Shown here: positions 28,322 through 36,253 of the stretch, piece after piece | Layout of the letters: every line of letters begins with the position of its first letter | How positions within the stretch are numbered: the stretch's first letter is position 1 | Assembly: GCA_037446635.1 (NCBI GenBank) | Contig: JBBIIG010000018.1 | Span: forward strand, 34,163-70,415 | From: a bacterium | Lineage (GTDB): Bacteria > Zhuqueibacterota > Zhuqueibacteria > Oceanimicrobiales > Oceanimicrobiaceae | Direction of reading: 5' to 3' | Length of the DNA: 36,253 bases | Notes under the pieces: generated by a model | What the model was told of the DNA's origin: nothing | Database searches by the model: none | Seen by the model: the letters and a program-made list of their open reading frames with translations, nothing else | Position numbers and translations under genes: made by a program

Positions 28322-28360
28322 AAAAGGCCAGTGAATGGATTGCAATCGCACTGGCCTTTT
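28322..28360 (-). terminator. Probable intrinsic terminator after the 28497-29678 gene
   Basis: 12-bp inverted repeat AAAAGGCCAGTG / CACTGGCCTTTT, with T-runs on both strands. Confidence 0.65.
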
Positions 28361-28496
28361 AGGGAAAAGGGATGTTGTGAGTTCTTCTTTAGTTTCTTCT
28401 TATCTTATTCGTGAATCTATCCGCTCTTGAAATGATCTTCCAAAAATTTTTTCAAAATTAAATATACCCACAACGTTGGATTTTCGGGTAAAATTT

Positions 28497-29678
28497 TTAT
28501 AACAACTCCATCAAAGATTCTCGGAACCACTTTTTAATTAGTTTTCCTAAGTACTCGAAAATCGTCCTCTCTTGCGTTCGATAATTACGCTGTGTTAACT
28601 CGGGCATGTACCGCCGCAGGTGCTTGTAATAGGAATCATATTTTTTGCCCTGGCTGATATCTTCCAGAATTTCCGCCAGCGCTTGAAAATAAATTTGCCC
28701 CTTTTTTTGTGAAATTTTTCCGGAATTTACATATTGGTTTTCAATCTTCTTTTTAATGCGCGCCATCACCTTTACTTTGCGCTTTTCAATCTCTTTTAAC
28801 CGCAGATCATCCAAAGGCGAGGTTTCGTTGACTTGCGAAACCAAACGATCGCGCGCCATCTCCAAATTGGTGTGGCGCATGATGCGCGCAACCATATCCA
28901 ACGGAAGAAAATTTTGATATTTCTCATCCTTCTTGACAACCATCAGCATCTTGCGGATGCCAGCCGAAACCGGGTCTTTGGGGCAATAAACATTCAAATA
29001 TTCGCCCTTCAATGATTTCTCCGGAATGGTGGGCATGGACTTACGCAGGTAGGCGTAGTTCAATTCGCCGTTTCCATTATTATTAACACCGTTGGTACCG
29101 TTGACATGAATCGTTCCGTTCTGCGCATGACCATTACCATTGCTGCCATGGCCGTTGCCATTCATGCGGCCATTCGAAGTCTTGCCGTTTCGTAGATAGA
29201 TGTACTCCCTTCCCATTTCTTTAAATGATTCAAAATCAGCGGAGCTTTTAATAGCCACTTTGATGTTGCGAACGATTTTCGCGCCTTCGGGATCGCGCTC
29301 TTTAAAAATCCGCGACAACTCCTGTTTGGTTTTCTTAATAACCAACCGCCGCAGCAACACCATAATATCGGCGTCAGCCAGGGCAGCCAGGTTCATTGAG
29401 TTCTGGAGAAAGTACTTGTTGAATTGGATAAACATCCCTTGCTCGTTGCGCATGAATAAACCGGCCACGCAATCGAGCGCCAGGTCTTCCAATTCACCGA
29501 TGTTTTTGTTTCTCTCCCAACGGATGTGTTTGCCGATCACTTCCTGGTATTTCAAGTAACTGAGAGAAATTTTTTGAACAAGGCTAACGAACTCGCCCAA
29601 ATCGGACTGGCTGTACTTTCCCCCGCAAATGGATAATACAAGCTTGGCTAAATTGGATGTTTTAGCAATGTGGTTCAT
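28497..29678 (-). CDS. Hypothetical 393-aa basic helical protein, possibly a divergent sigma-factor-like regulator, with an Asn/Gly-rich insert
   Basis: Long AT-rich ORF; ATG 29678 preceded by GGGAAAGGGAA and downstream of a sigma-54 promoter. ELEDLALDCVAGLF loosely resembles ECF region 2 (AEDLAQD.F); this resemblance is weak. Confidence 0.75.
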   Translation of the reverse strand: MNHIAKTSNLAKLVLSICGGKYSQSDLGEFVSLVQKISLSYLKYQEVIGKHIRWERNKNIGELEDLALDCVAGLFMRNEQGMFIQFNKYFLQNSMNLAALADADIMVLLRRLVIKKTKQELSRIFKERDPEGAKIVRNIKVAIKSSADFESFKEMGREYIYLRNGKTSNGRMNGNGHGSNGNGHAQNGTIHVNGTNGVNNNGNGELNYAYLRKSMPTIPEKSLKGEYLNVYCPKDPVSAGIRKMLMVVKKDEKYQNFLPLDMVARIMRHTNLEMARDRLVSQVNETSPLDDLRLKEIEKRKVKVMARIKKKIENQYVNSGKISQKKGQIYFQALAEILEDISQGKKYDSYYKHLRRYMPELTQRNYRTQERTIFEYLGKLIKKWFRESLMELL

Positions 29679-29719
29679 AGTTCCCTTTCCCCATTTCGTT
29701 TGAAATGATTCCAAGCTTA

Positions 29720-29735
29720 AGCAAATGCCATACCA
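29720..29735 (-). promoter_or_regulatory. Sigma-54 (-24/-12) promoter
   Basis: Minus strand TGGTATGGCATTTGCT matches TGGCAC-N5-TTGCW with exact GG-N10-GC spacing; adjacent to a sigma-54 activator gene. Confidence 0.75.
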
Positions 29736-29821
29736 CGCAGGGAAAAGGCTTAAGAACCGCTAAGTAACTATGTTAATTAATTATTGAATTTAGAAAAAGC
29801 GCGGCCCCCTCTTAAAAGATG

Positions 29822-29855
29822 TGTTTCATTGAAACAAATGTATCACGGTGAGACT
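29822..29855. promoter_or_regulatory. Tandem palindromic upstream activator sequences (candidate bEBP sites)
   Basis: Perfect palindrome TGTTTCA-T-TGAAACA (29822-29836) followed by the related TGTATCA-CGG-TGAGACT, about 90-120 bp upstream of the -24 box, with an AT-rich spacer between. Confidence 0.55.
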
Positions 29856-29929
29856 GACTTTAAATGAAAAACGCCATAGAGAAAAGATATGGCGTTTGCA
29901 ATTTAAGTCGGATAGTTGATACGTGGGAG

Positions 29930-31290
29930 TTATTTTACCATTGGCAGTCCATACTTTTTGGCTTTACGATAAATCGTCGCACGGCCGATGCCGAGCTTCT
30001 TGGCGGTTTGGGAGATGTTGCCCTCACACTCCAACAACGCCTGACGCAGCGCGTTCTCCTCCAACTTTTCAATCCAGCCGGCGAGCTTGTTATCCGACTC
30101 ATAGATTTTCTTCTCTCCTAAAGAACGGACGTTCGGGGGCAAATCCTTGGCGGCGATCTCCGGCGGGTTGGCCAGCACCACCGCCCGTTCGATGGCATTC
30201 TCCAACTCGCGAACGTTCCCTGGCCAGTGATACGACATCAACAGCTCCAATGCGTCTGGGGAAATGTCTTCGATCTGCTTCCCCTCCTGCTCAGAATATT
30301 TTTTAAGAAAATGCGCCGCCAGCAGTGGAATGTCCTCTTTGCGTTCGCGCAGCGCCGGCAGTTTAATGGGAAACACGGCGATCCGATAAAATAGGTCTTC
30401 GCGAAATTCGCCTTTTTTGACCGCCTCTTCCAAATCTTTATTGGTGGCCGAAATCACCCGCGTATCCACTCGCACCAAATCGTTGCCGCCGACCCGCTCA
30501 AATTCGCGCTCCTGTAAAACCCGCAGCACTTTCGACTGGGTAGCGGGCGTCATCAGCCCAATTTCGTCCAAAAAAATCGTGCCGTTGTTGGCCAGCTCGA
30601 ATTTGCCGATCCTCCTGCCGGTGGCACCGGTGAACGAGCCTTTCTCATGGCCAAACAATTCGCTTTCCAAAAGCGATTCCGGCAGCGCGCTGCAGTTCAC
30701 CGCCACAAAAGGATTGTTGCTGCGCCGGCTGTGAAAATGGATGGCGCGGGCAATCAACTCTTTGCCGGTGCCGCTTTCACCCTGAATCAAAACCGTTACG
30801 TTGCTGTCCACCACTTTTTCGAGGGAGCGGAACACTTCCTGCATCACGCCGCTCTGCCCGATAATATTTTTGAACTGATAACGATCTTTCAATTCCCGCT
30901 TCAGTTCATCCACTTCTTTTTTGAGAGAGAAATTCAACAGCGCGTTGTTGACGGTCACCAAAAGCCGATCGCTGGCGAAGGGCTTGGTAATAAAATCATA
31001 CGCCCCTAATCGCATCGATTGCACCGCTTTTTCGATGGTGCCGTGCGCCGACATCATCACCACCGGAATGATGGTATCCTGCTCGCGGATGCGCTTCAAA
31101 GTTTCGATGCCATCGATGCCGGGCATTTGAATATCTAACAACACCAGATCCGGAGAATCTTCGCGGATGTGCTTCAGGCAAGCTTCGCCATTGGTGGCGA
31201 TGCTCACTTCGTAGTTCTTGCGTTCGCCGAACAGCTCGGCGAGCTGGCGCCAACAACGAGGATATTACGTTTAGGACCCTTGCGGTTCAC
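29930..31290 (-). CDS. NtrC/AtoC-family sigma-54-dependent response regulator (REC-AAA+-Fis HTH) with a frameshift near the 5' end
   Basis: DLVLLDIQMPG, GESGTGKELIA, ESELFGHEKGSFTGA, FLDEIG, WPGNVRELEN and AKKLGIGRATIYRK motifs. The likely true start GTG 31290 (GGGGAG upstream; MNRKGPKRNILVV) is out of frame with the rest. Confidence 0.9.
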
Positions 31291-31465
31291 TTGCAAAACT
31301 CCCCATGTTTGTTCTTCTGATTCGCGTTCAAAATAAATAATATTGAGTTAATTTACAACAAATTTTTGCTGTTAAGTCTGTAAAATTATACTCGCTGCAA
31401 ATGCTGATGCGGGATTTTCAAGGTGAATTTCTCAACCCGCTTTGAAATACTCGGCTGAAAAGTAA

Positions 31466-31494
31466 TTGACTTGGGTTGGCATTAATGTTATATT
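31466..31494 (+). promoter_or_regulatory. Sigma-70 promoter with extended -10, positioned to give a leaderless mRNA
   Basis: TTGACT-17 bp-TATATT with TG just upstream of the -10; the ATG lies 8 nt downstream at 31502. Confidence 0.7.
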
Positions 31495-31501
31495 CGCCCC
31501 C

Positions 31502-33508
31502 ATGAAACGACTTTGCTGGACGCTCTTGATCGCAGCGCTCACCGCCTGCGCCGATCATGAATCGGACCTCGCCCGGATTCTCCAATTAGAAGATCGCCGG
31601 GTTTCGTGCGACAGCCTGCTAATATTTCTGAAACACCCACACGCAGACTTCCGAGCCCTGGCAGTCGAAGCGCTGGGGAAAGTACAGGATGCGAATTGCA
31701 CCAATGTTCTCGTTAAAATGTTGAACGATCCCGACCCGAGTGTACGCATCGAAACGGCGTTTGCGTTGGGGCAGCTCGGTCAGAAGAGCGCGGAAAAACC
31801 GCTGATTGATGTGCTGTACGCCCAGGAAATTTTAGAGGTCAAGCTGCGCGCCATCGAAGCGCTGGGAAAGATTGGCTCAGAACGCTCCATTTCGGTTTTA
31901 ATTAATTTAATGAAAAACCCAAACAGCGTTCTGCGCGCGGAAGCGGCGCTCTCCGCCGGCAGAATGGCCCTGCGCAATCTCACTCATCCCTCCCTCTCCG
32001 AGGCGCTGGTGCTTTGCCTTCGCGATCAAAATTCAGAAGTGCGGTGGAAAGCGTGTTATTCGCTCATGCGAATTGGCAAAGAAATCAATTTCGAAAAGCT
32101 GCGCCAGGTTCTGCAAGACTCGGACGCCCGCGTGCGCATGTATGCCGTGCAAGCATTGGGAAATGCGCAGGATGCCGCGGTACTGGAGGCGTTCGGAAAA
32201 ATTTTGGCAACCGATCGCGATTGGCGGGTGCGGGTGAAAGCAGCGAATGCGCTGGGAAAATATCCGCTGCGCCGAATCGCCAATTATGTGAATTTCACAG
32301 ATCAACCGCAGCATGTTCGCGTGGCGCTCATCCAGGCCATCGGCAGCAGCGCGGCGCTGGAACCATCCGGCTACATTCCCAGCAGCCGCGAACATAATTT
32401 GATCCGCCATCATCTCGAACAAATCTTGGCTGAGAACAACGTCTCCGCAGAAGATGGTCGAGATCGCCTGTTTCACTCCAGCGCTGAAATCGGCCTGGCG
32501 CTGATTTCATACGCTCGATTACTAAAAGAGGCGGCGGCGCCGCGAATCGAAGAATTTCTGAATCATCCGCAGCCGCGGCTGCGGGCGCGCGCGCTGCAGG
32601 CGCTGGCCGAATGCGGCGCGGCGAACGCGGCGCGGATTTTTGAGAGCAGTTATTTCGACGCGCCGGCGATGGTCAAAATCGCCATTCTGGAAGCCCTCAC
32701 TAAAATGAACGACCCCGAGCCGCGAGTTTTTGTGCAGGCTCTGCAGGAAACCGACCCGGTGCTGGCAGCGCTGGCGGCGCAGGGTCTCAGTCAGGACTCG
32801 CTGCGAAATAAAATTTACGTCCAGCCCATTATCTCGGCCTATCGAAATTTGCCGCGCCCGGTGGACGTGGAAGTGGCGCAGATGATGTTCTCCGCGCTGG
32901 TGAAAATGGGCGACACCCTCGCCGTCAGCGTTTTGACCGAAGCGCTCGACACTCCGGACCAGGCTCTCTCTAAAGTCGCTGCCGAAGCTCTGCAAAAACT
33001 CACTGGCCGCGATTATTCTGCTCGCGTGGCAAAGCAGACGCAACCGCACACAAATTTCAATCATAAAGAAATCGAAGCGCTCAACGGCGCGCGGGCGACC
33101 ATTCAAACCGAACGCGGCAACATCGAAATTGTTTTACATACGTTTGATGCGCCCTTGACCGTTTTGAATTTCGCGCGGCTGGCCGAAAAGGGATTCTTCG
33201 ATGGCCTCACCTTCCACCGCGTCGTCCCCAATTTCGTGATTCAGGGCGGCGACCCCCGCGGCGATTCCTGGGGCTCGCCCGGCTACGCCATTCGCTCGGA
33301 ATTCAACAAGCAGCCCTTTCGGCGCGGCAGCGTCGGCATGGCCAGCGCCGGCAAAGACACCGAGGGCTGCCAGTTTTTTATCACTCACTCCGAACAGCCG
33401 CACCTCGACGGGCGCTACACGGTGTTCGGCCAGGTGATCTCCGGCTTGGAGGTGGTGGATAAAATTCAGGAGGGAGATGTGATGAAGTCGGTGACGATTC
33501 GGAGGTGA
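31502..33508 (+). CDS. HEAT-repeat lipoprotein with C-terminal cyclophilin-type peptidyl-prolyl isomerase
   Basis: Lipobox ALTAC; repeated D....VR..A..ALG HEAT units; APLTVLNF...GFFDGLTFHRVVPNFVIQGGDP, GMASAGKDTEGCQFFITH and HLDGRYTVFG motifs. Confidence 0.92.
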   Translation: MKRLCWTLLIAALTACADHESDLARILQLEDRRVSCDSLLIFLKHPHADFRALAVEALGKVQDANCTNVLVKMLNDPDPSVRIETAFALGQLGQKSAEKPLIDVLYAQEILEVKLRAIEALGKIGSERSISVLINLMKNPNSVLRAEAALSAGRMALRNLTHPSLSEALVLCLRDQNSEVRWKACYSLMRIGKEINFEKLRQVLQDSDARVRMYAVQALGNAQDAAVLEAFGKILATDRDWRVRVKAANALGKYPLRRIANYVNFTDQPQHVRVALIQAIGSSAALEPSGYIPSSREHNLIRHHLEQILAENNVSAEDGRDRLFHSSAEIGLALISYARLLKEAAAPRIEEFLNHPQPRLRARALQALAECGAANAARIFESSYFDAPAMVKIAILEALTKMNDPEPRVFVQALQETDPVLAALAAQGLSQDSLRNKIYVQPIISAYRNLPRPVDVEVAQMMFSALVKMGDTLAVSVLTEALDTPDQALSKVAAEALQKLTGRDYSARVAKQTQPHTNFNHKEIEALNGARATIQTERGNIEIVLHTFDAPLTVLNFARLAEKGFFDGLTFHRVVPNFVIQGGDPRGDSWGSPGYAIRSEFNKQPFRRGSVGMASAGKDTEGCQFFITHSEQPHLDGRYTVFGQVISGLEVVDKIQEGDVMKSVTIRR

Positions 33509-33517
33509 ATTCAGCGT

Positions 33518-33844
33518 ATGTCAAACTTCAGCGACGTTCTATCCCTGGCGCGCTTCTCATCTGAAAAATTGCAGAAAATCAACCTCTTCGAAACTCCCAA
33601 CTTTTTCTGCGATATCTACTGTCTGGAGCCGGGGCAGGAACAAAAGCCGCACACGCATACCGACGCGGACAAAATCTATTTTGTGATCGAAGGCGCCGCG
33701 ACGATTCGCATTGGAACGGAAGAGCGCGTCGCTGGCAAGAACCAGATTTGCTTAGCCGCTGCGGGCGTCGAGCACGGGGTGAAAAACGCCAGCAACGAGC
33801 GGCTGATTCTGCTGGTGATCATGTCGCCGAATCCCAACGTCTGA
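33518..33844 (+). CDS. Cupin domain protein
   Basis: LEPGQEQKPHTH..ADKIYFVIEG and AGVEHGVKN cupin motifs. Confidence 0.88.
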   Translation: MSNFSDVLSLARFSSEKLQKINLFETPNFFCDIYCLEPGQEQKPHTHTDADKIYFVIEGAATIRIGTEERVAGKNQICLAAAGVEHGVKNASNERLILLVIMSPNPNV

Positions 33845-33858
33845 AAAAACGCCAGAAA

Positions 33859-33891
33859 AGATGCCAGGCACTTTAAAAGTGCCTGGCATCT
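33859..33891. repeat. Perfect 16-bp-arm palindrome (REP-like)
   Basis: AGATGCCAGGCACTTT-A-AAAGTGCCTGGCATCT, followed shortly by AACCCTGTCAGGGTT. Confidence 0.7.
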
Positions 33892-33939
33892 CAAGTTCCA
33901 GCAACCCTGTCAGGGTTTTTAACCAAAACGGAGGGATAG

Positions 33940-34764
33940 ATGTCGAAAAAAATCTTCGCTGCACTATTATTGTTGGTTCTAACTTTTCCCGGACACGGCC
34001 AGGAAAACCGCACCTTTGATCCCGCCAAATCCGATCCGCAAGCTTTGAAAGTGGCGGACGAACTTTTGCAAGCCCTCGGCGGCAAGAAGGCCTGGGAAAA
34101 GGCGCGCTATTTCAGCTTCCACTGGATGGTTGAGCGCGAGGGCAAGCCCGTCGCCGATTACCGGCACGACTGGGATCGCTACACCGGCCGCTACCGCGTG
34201 GAGGGCACCAACCGCGAAGGCAAGCATTTCGTCGCGCTGTTCAATGTCAATTCCAAAGAGGGTGAAGTTTATCTCGACGGCGCACAACTGCCTGCCCGCC
34301 AGGAGCCTCAGGCAGGCGGGCCGGCCGATTCCACGAAAATCAAATTTTTGGAAAATGCCTACGGCCGTTTCATCAACGATAGCTACTGGCTGCTCATGCC
34401 CTACAAGCTCAACGACCCCGGCGTGGTTCTCGATTACGACGGCGAAAAAGAACTCGAGGGGCAAAAATATGACGTCGTCAAAGTCACGTTCGAGAACGTC
34501 GGCCTCACTCCCAAGGACACCTACTGGGCGTACATTTCCAAAACCGACCGCCTGATGCATAGATGGGAGTACGTGCTGCAAGGACAGGAACCCGGCAGCG
34601 CGCCCCAGCCCTCGTGGTGGCGGGACTGGCAGACGGTCGGCGGCATCAAATTGGCGATGAGCAAAGAATTCGAAGGCCGGCCCGCGCGCATTTATTTTAA
34701 AGAAGTGAAGGTTTCGCCGACGGTGGACGAGGCGGTTTTTGAAATGACAGGAAAAACGTTTTGA
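33940..34764 (+). CDS. Secreted protein of unknown function (LolA-like/DUF6503-like beta-rich family)
   Basis: GGAGG RBS and signal peptide; ALGGKKAW, FINDSYWLLMPYKL.DPGV and VGLTP.DTYW.Y motifs. Confidence 0.75.
   Translation: MSKKIFAALLLLVLTFPGHGQENRTFDPAKSDPQALKVADELLQALGGKKAWEKARYFSFHWMVEREGKPVADYRHDWDRYTGRYRVEGTNREGKHFVALFNVNSKEGEVYLDGAQLPARQEPQAGGPADSTKIKFLENAYGRFINDSYWLLMPYKLNDPGVVLDYDGEKELEGQKYDVVKVTFENVGLTPKDTYWAYISKTDRLMHRWEYVLQGQEPGSAPQPSWWRDWQTVGGIKLAMSKEFEGRPARIYFKEVKVSPTVDEAVFEMTGKTF
34291..34320. repeat. Short CCTGCC..GGCAGG-type palindrome inside a coding sequence
   Basis: CCTGCCCGCC-AGGAGCCTCA-GGCAGGCGGG (30 bp, in frame), related to the units at 11646-11663 and 11694-11712. 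Confidence 0.55.
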
Positions 34765-34777
34765 GATCAATTCATGT

Positions 34778-34804
34778 TTTACTAAACCTTAAAGGTTTAG
34801 TAAA
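34778..34804. repeat. Perfect AT-rich palindrome (13-bp arms)
   Basis: TTTACTAAACCTT-A-AAGGTTTAGTAAA; most of its right arm recurs at 35814-35827. Confidence 0.65.
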
Positions 34805-34839
34805 TGTTTGGTTTAACCTTAGCTTTTCTGGATAATACC

Positions 34840-35769
34840 ATGCCAATATTCGAAATCAAAAATGGCAAGTTGCTCGCAATAGAACAGACTGATTTCAACA
34901 ACGAAAAATTACTGCAAAACTTAATCGAGAAGAATCTTGAAACCGTTTTTAACTGTCGCTTTGTGTGGTCTGAATTTCCAACGGGGGCGCAGCACGCAGG
35001 GCGTATCGATACGTTGGCGCTTTCAGAGGATAATAATCCGGTTATCATTGAATACAAGAAAGTAGAGTCTTCAGAACTAATCAACCAAAGTCTGTTTTAC
35101 CTGGCGTGGATTCATGATCACCGCGGCGACTTTGAAATTGCCGTTCAAAAATCTTTGGGGAAAGTTCCAATTGACTGGTCTGACGTGCGCGTCATTTGCA
35201 TTGCTCCAAACTATAAAAAGTATGATCTCCATGCAGTACAACTCATGGGCGTAAACATTGAACTTTGGAAATATCGTCTATTCAAAAATTCTACTTTATA
35301 TCTCGAACAAGTTTATCAAAAAGGCTACTCTCCAATTCCCGCTGAAACCGGCAGCAAAAATCCGGTAATGGTCGCTGCTGGAAAAAAGGCTGCCCTGACC
35401 CGAGCCACCGGAATTTATACTTTTGAAGAACATCTTAATAACAAGCCCGAAAAGGTAAGAGAACTTGTTTTGAAGATTCAGGAATTCATTCTAAGTTTAG
35501 ATCCGCAAATTGTAGAGACGCCCAAGAAGCTTTATGTGGCTTATAAAATTTCTCAGAATATTGCATGCATGGAAGTGCAAAGACAAAGGGTTGTTCTTTA
35601 TCTAAAATTGGATCCAAAAGAAATTCAAAATCCTCCTTCAATATCGAGAGACGTCACTACCATTGGACACTTCGGCACTGGCGATTTTGAAATTACCATT
35701 AAATCTGAAAGCGACTTTGAAACCGCCAAACCATTTATCGAAATGGCGTATCAAAAAGTCGGCAGTTAA
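34840..35769 (+). CDS. PD-(D/E)XK NucS-like nuclease domain + DUF5655 protein
   Basis: EKLLQNLIE.NL, GRIDTLAL..DNNPVIIEYK and INQSLFYLAW (nuclease); C-terminal K.YVAYK...RDVTTIGHFGTGDFEI (DUF5655). AT-rich; start at 34840 or 34804. Confidence 0.8.
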   Translation: MPIFEIKNGKLLAIEQTDFNNEKLLQNLIEKNLETVFNCRFVWSEFPTGAQHAGRIDTLALSEDNNPVIIEYKKVESSELINQSLFYLAWIHDHRGDFEIAVQKSLGKVPIDWSDVRVICIAPNYKKYDLHAVQLMGVNIELWKYRLFKNSTLYLEQVYQKGYSPIPAETGSKNPVMVAAGKKAALTRATGIYTFEEHLNNKPEKVRELVLKIQEFILSLDPQIVETPKKLYVAYKISQNIACMEVQRQRVVLYLKLDPKEIQNPPSISRDVTTIGHFGTGDFEITIKSESDFETAKPFIEMAYQKVGS

Positions 35770-35773
35770 AAAT

Positions 35774-35800
35774 AATTCGTGTCAATTCGTGCAATTCGTG
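35774..35800. repeat. Three-unit AATTCGTG short tandem repeat
   Basis: AATTCGTG at 35774, 35784 and 35793, directly after the DUF5655 stop. Confidence 0.65.
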
Positions 35801-35824
35801 GTTCTATTTTTTGAGGTTTAGTAA

Positions 35825-36184
35825 ATGAACCGAAAAAACATTTCCTCCGGCACTAAATGGGAGCCCATTGTCGGCTACTCGCGGGCGGTACGCGTTGGGC
35901 CGCATGTCCACGTCTCCGGCACCACCGCCACCGATGAAAATGGCGCCATCGTTGGGGTTGGCGATGCGTACGCGCAGACCATTCAAACGCTCAAAAACAT
36001 CGAGCGCGCGCTCACCAAAGCCGGCGCGAAACTCAGCGACGTCGTTCGCACCCGCATCTACGTCACCAACATCGATGAGTGGGAGAAAGTTGGCAAAGCG
36101 CATGGCGAATTTTTTGGAAGCATCCGGCCCGCCACCAGCATGGTGGAAGTCAGCCGGCTCATTTCGCCGGAGATGCTGGTGTAG
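35825..36184 (+). CDS. RidA/YjgF family protein (3' end corrupted at the contig end)
   Basis: [46 protein letters not shown] and LISPEMLV motifs; the expected EIEA is replaced by a stop. Confidence 0.9.
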   Translation: MNRKNISSGTKWEPIVGYSRAVRVGPHVHVSGTTATDENGAIVGVGDAYAQTIQTLKNIERALTKAGAKLSDVVRTRIYVTNIDEWEKVGKAHGEFFGSIRPATSMVEVSRLISPEMLV

Positions 36185-36253
36185 ATCTCGGAGGACGCCT
36201 TATAAAAAAAAAAAAAACAAAAATCAAATAACAAATAAAATTCAATATTCAAT
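36179..36253 (+). other. Probable sequencing artefact: Illumina P5 adapter-like read-through plus A-rich tail
   Basis: GTGTAGATCTCGGAGGACGCCTTAT versus the P5 reverse complement GTGTAGATCTCGGTGGTCGCCGTAT (22/25), followed by poly-A. Confidence 0.85.

Noticed and set aside
30620..30650. GSFTGA instead of GAFTGA in the sigma-54 activator
   Set aside because: This is a common natural variant among bEBPs and is not evidence of inactivity.
35774..35800. AATTCGTG triplet as a possible CRISPR remnant or iteron set
   Set aside because: Units are 8 bp with 1-2-nt gaps; there are no spacers and no cas or rep gene.
36179..36253. Premature stop in RidA and a poly-A tail suggesting a pseudogene or retro-insertion
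   Set aside because: The sequence matches the Illumina P5 adapter reverse complement at 22/25 nt and sits at the contig end, so it is most likely a library or assembly artefact.

Overview
A 36.3-kb bacterial chromosomal segment, GC-rich with AT-richer inserts, from what looks like a metagenome contig ending at the right edge. Gene content and style suggest an FCB-group lineage such as KSB1 or Calditrichaeota, but this is inference only. Positions 1-31.3 kb are almost all on the minus strand. Housekeeping and envelope genes include scpA (partial), a Trm112-like gene, accA, several glycosyltransferases, polyprenol-P-mannose synthase, rfbD, a PfkB kinase, an NCS2 permease, a DUF2723/TMEM260-like GT-C, recG, valS and cystathionine beta-synthase. 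They are interrupted by small accessory inserts: a decayed PvuII-like restriction-modification pair, a DUF433/DUF5615/DUF2283 toxin-antitoxin cluster with a broken toxin, and nested palindromic elements. The most unusual part is 24.5-31.3 kb. It carries a three-gene operon of two receiver-PATAN(DUF4388) proteins, both with Glu in place of the phospho-acceptor Asp, and two MglA/CvnD-like GTPase folds lacking catalytic motifs. Next to it, an NtrC-type activator with a frameshifted 5' end sits upstream of candidate enhancer palindromes, a sigma-54 promoter and a large unannotated, possibly sigma-like gene. The plus-strand right end has a probably leaderless HEAT-cyclophilin lipoprotein, a cupin, a secreted protein carrying an in-frame palindrome, a direct-repeat-flanked NucS-like/DUF5655 gene, and a RidA gene truncated by adapter-like contig-end sequence. 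No rRNA, tRNA, CRISPR array or transposase was seen.
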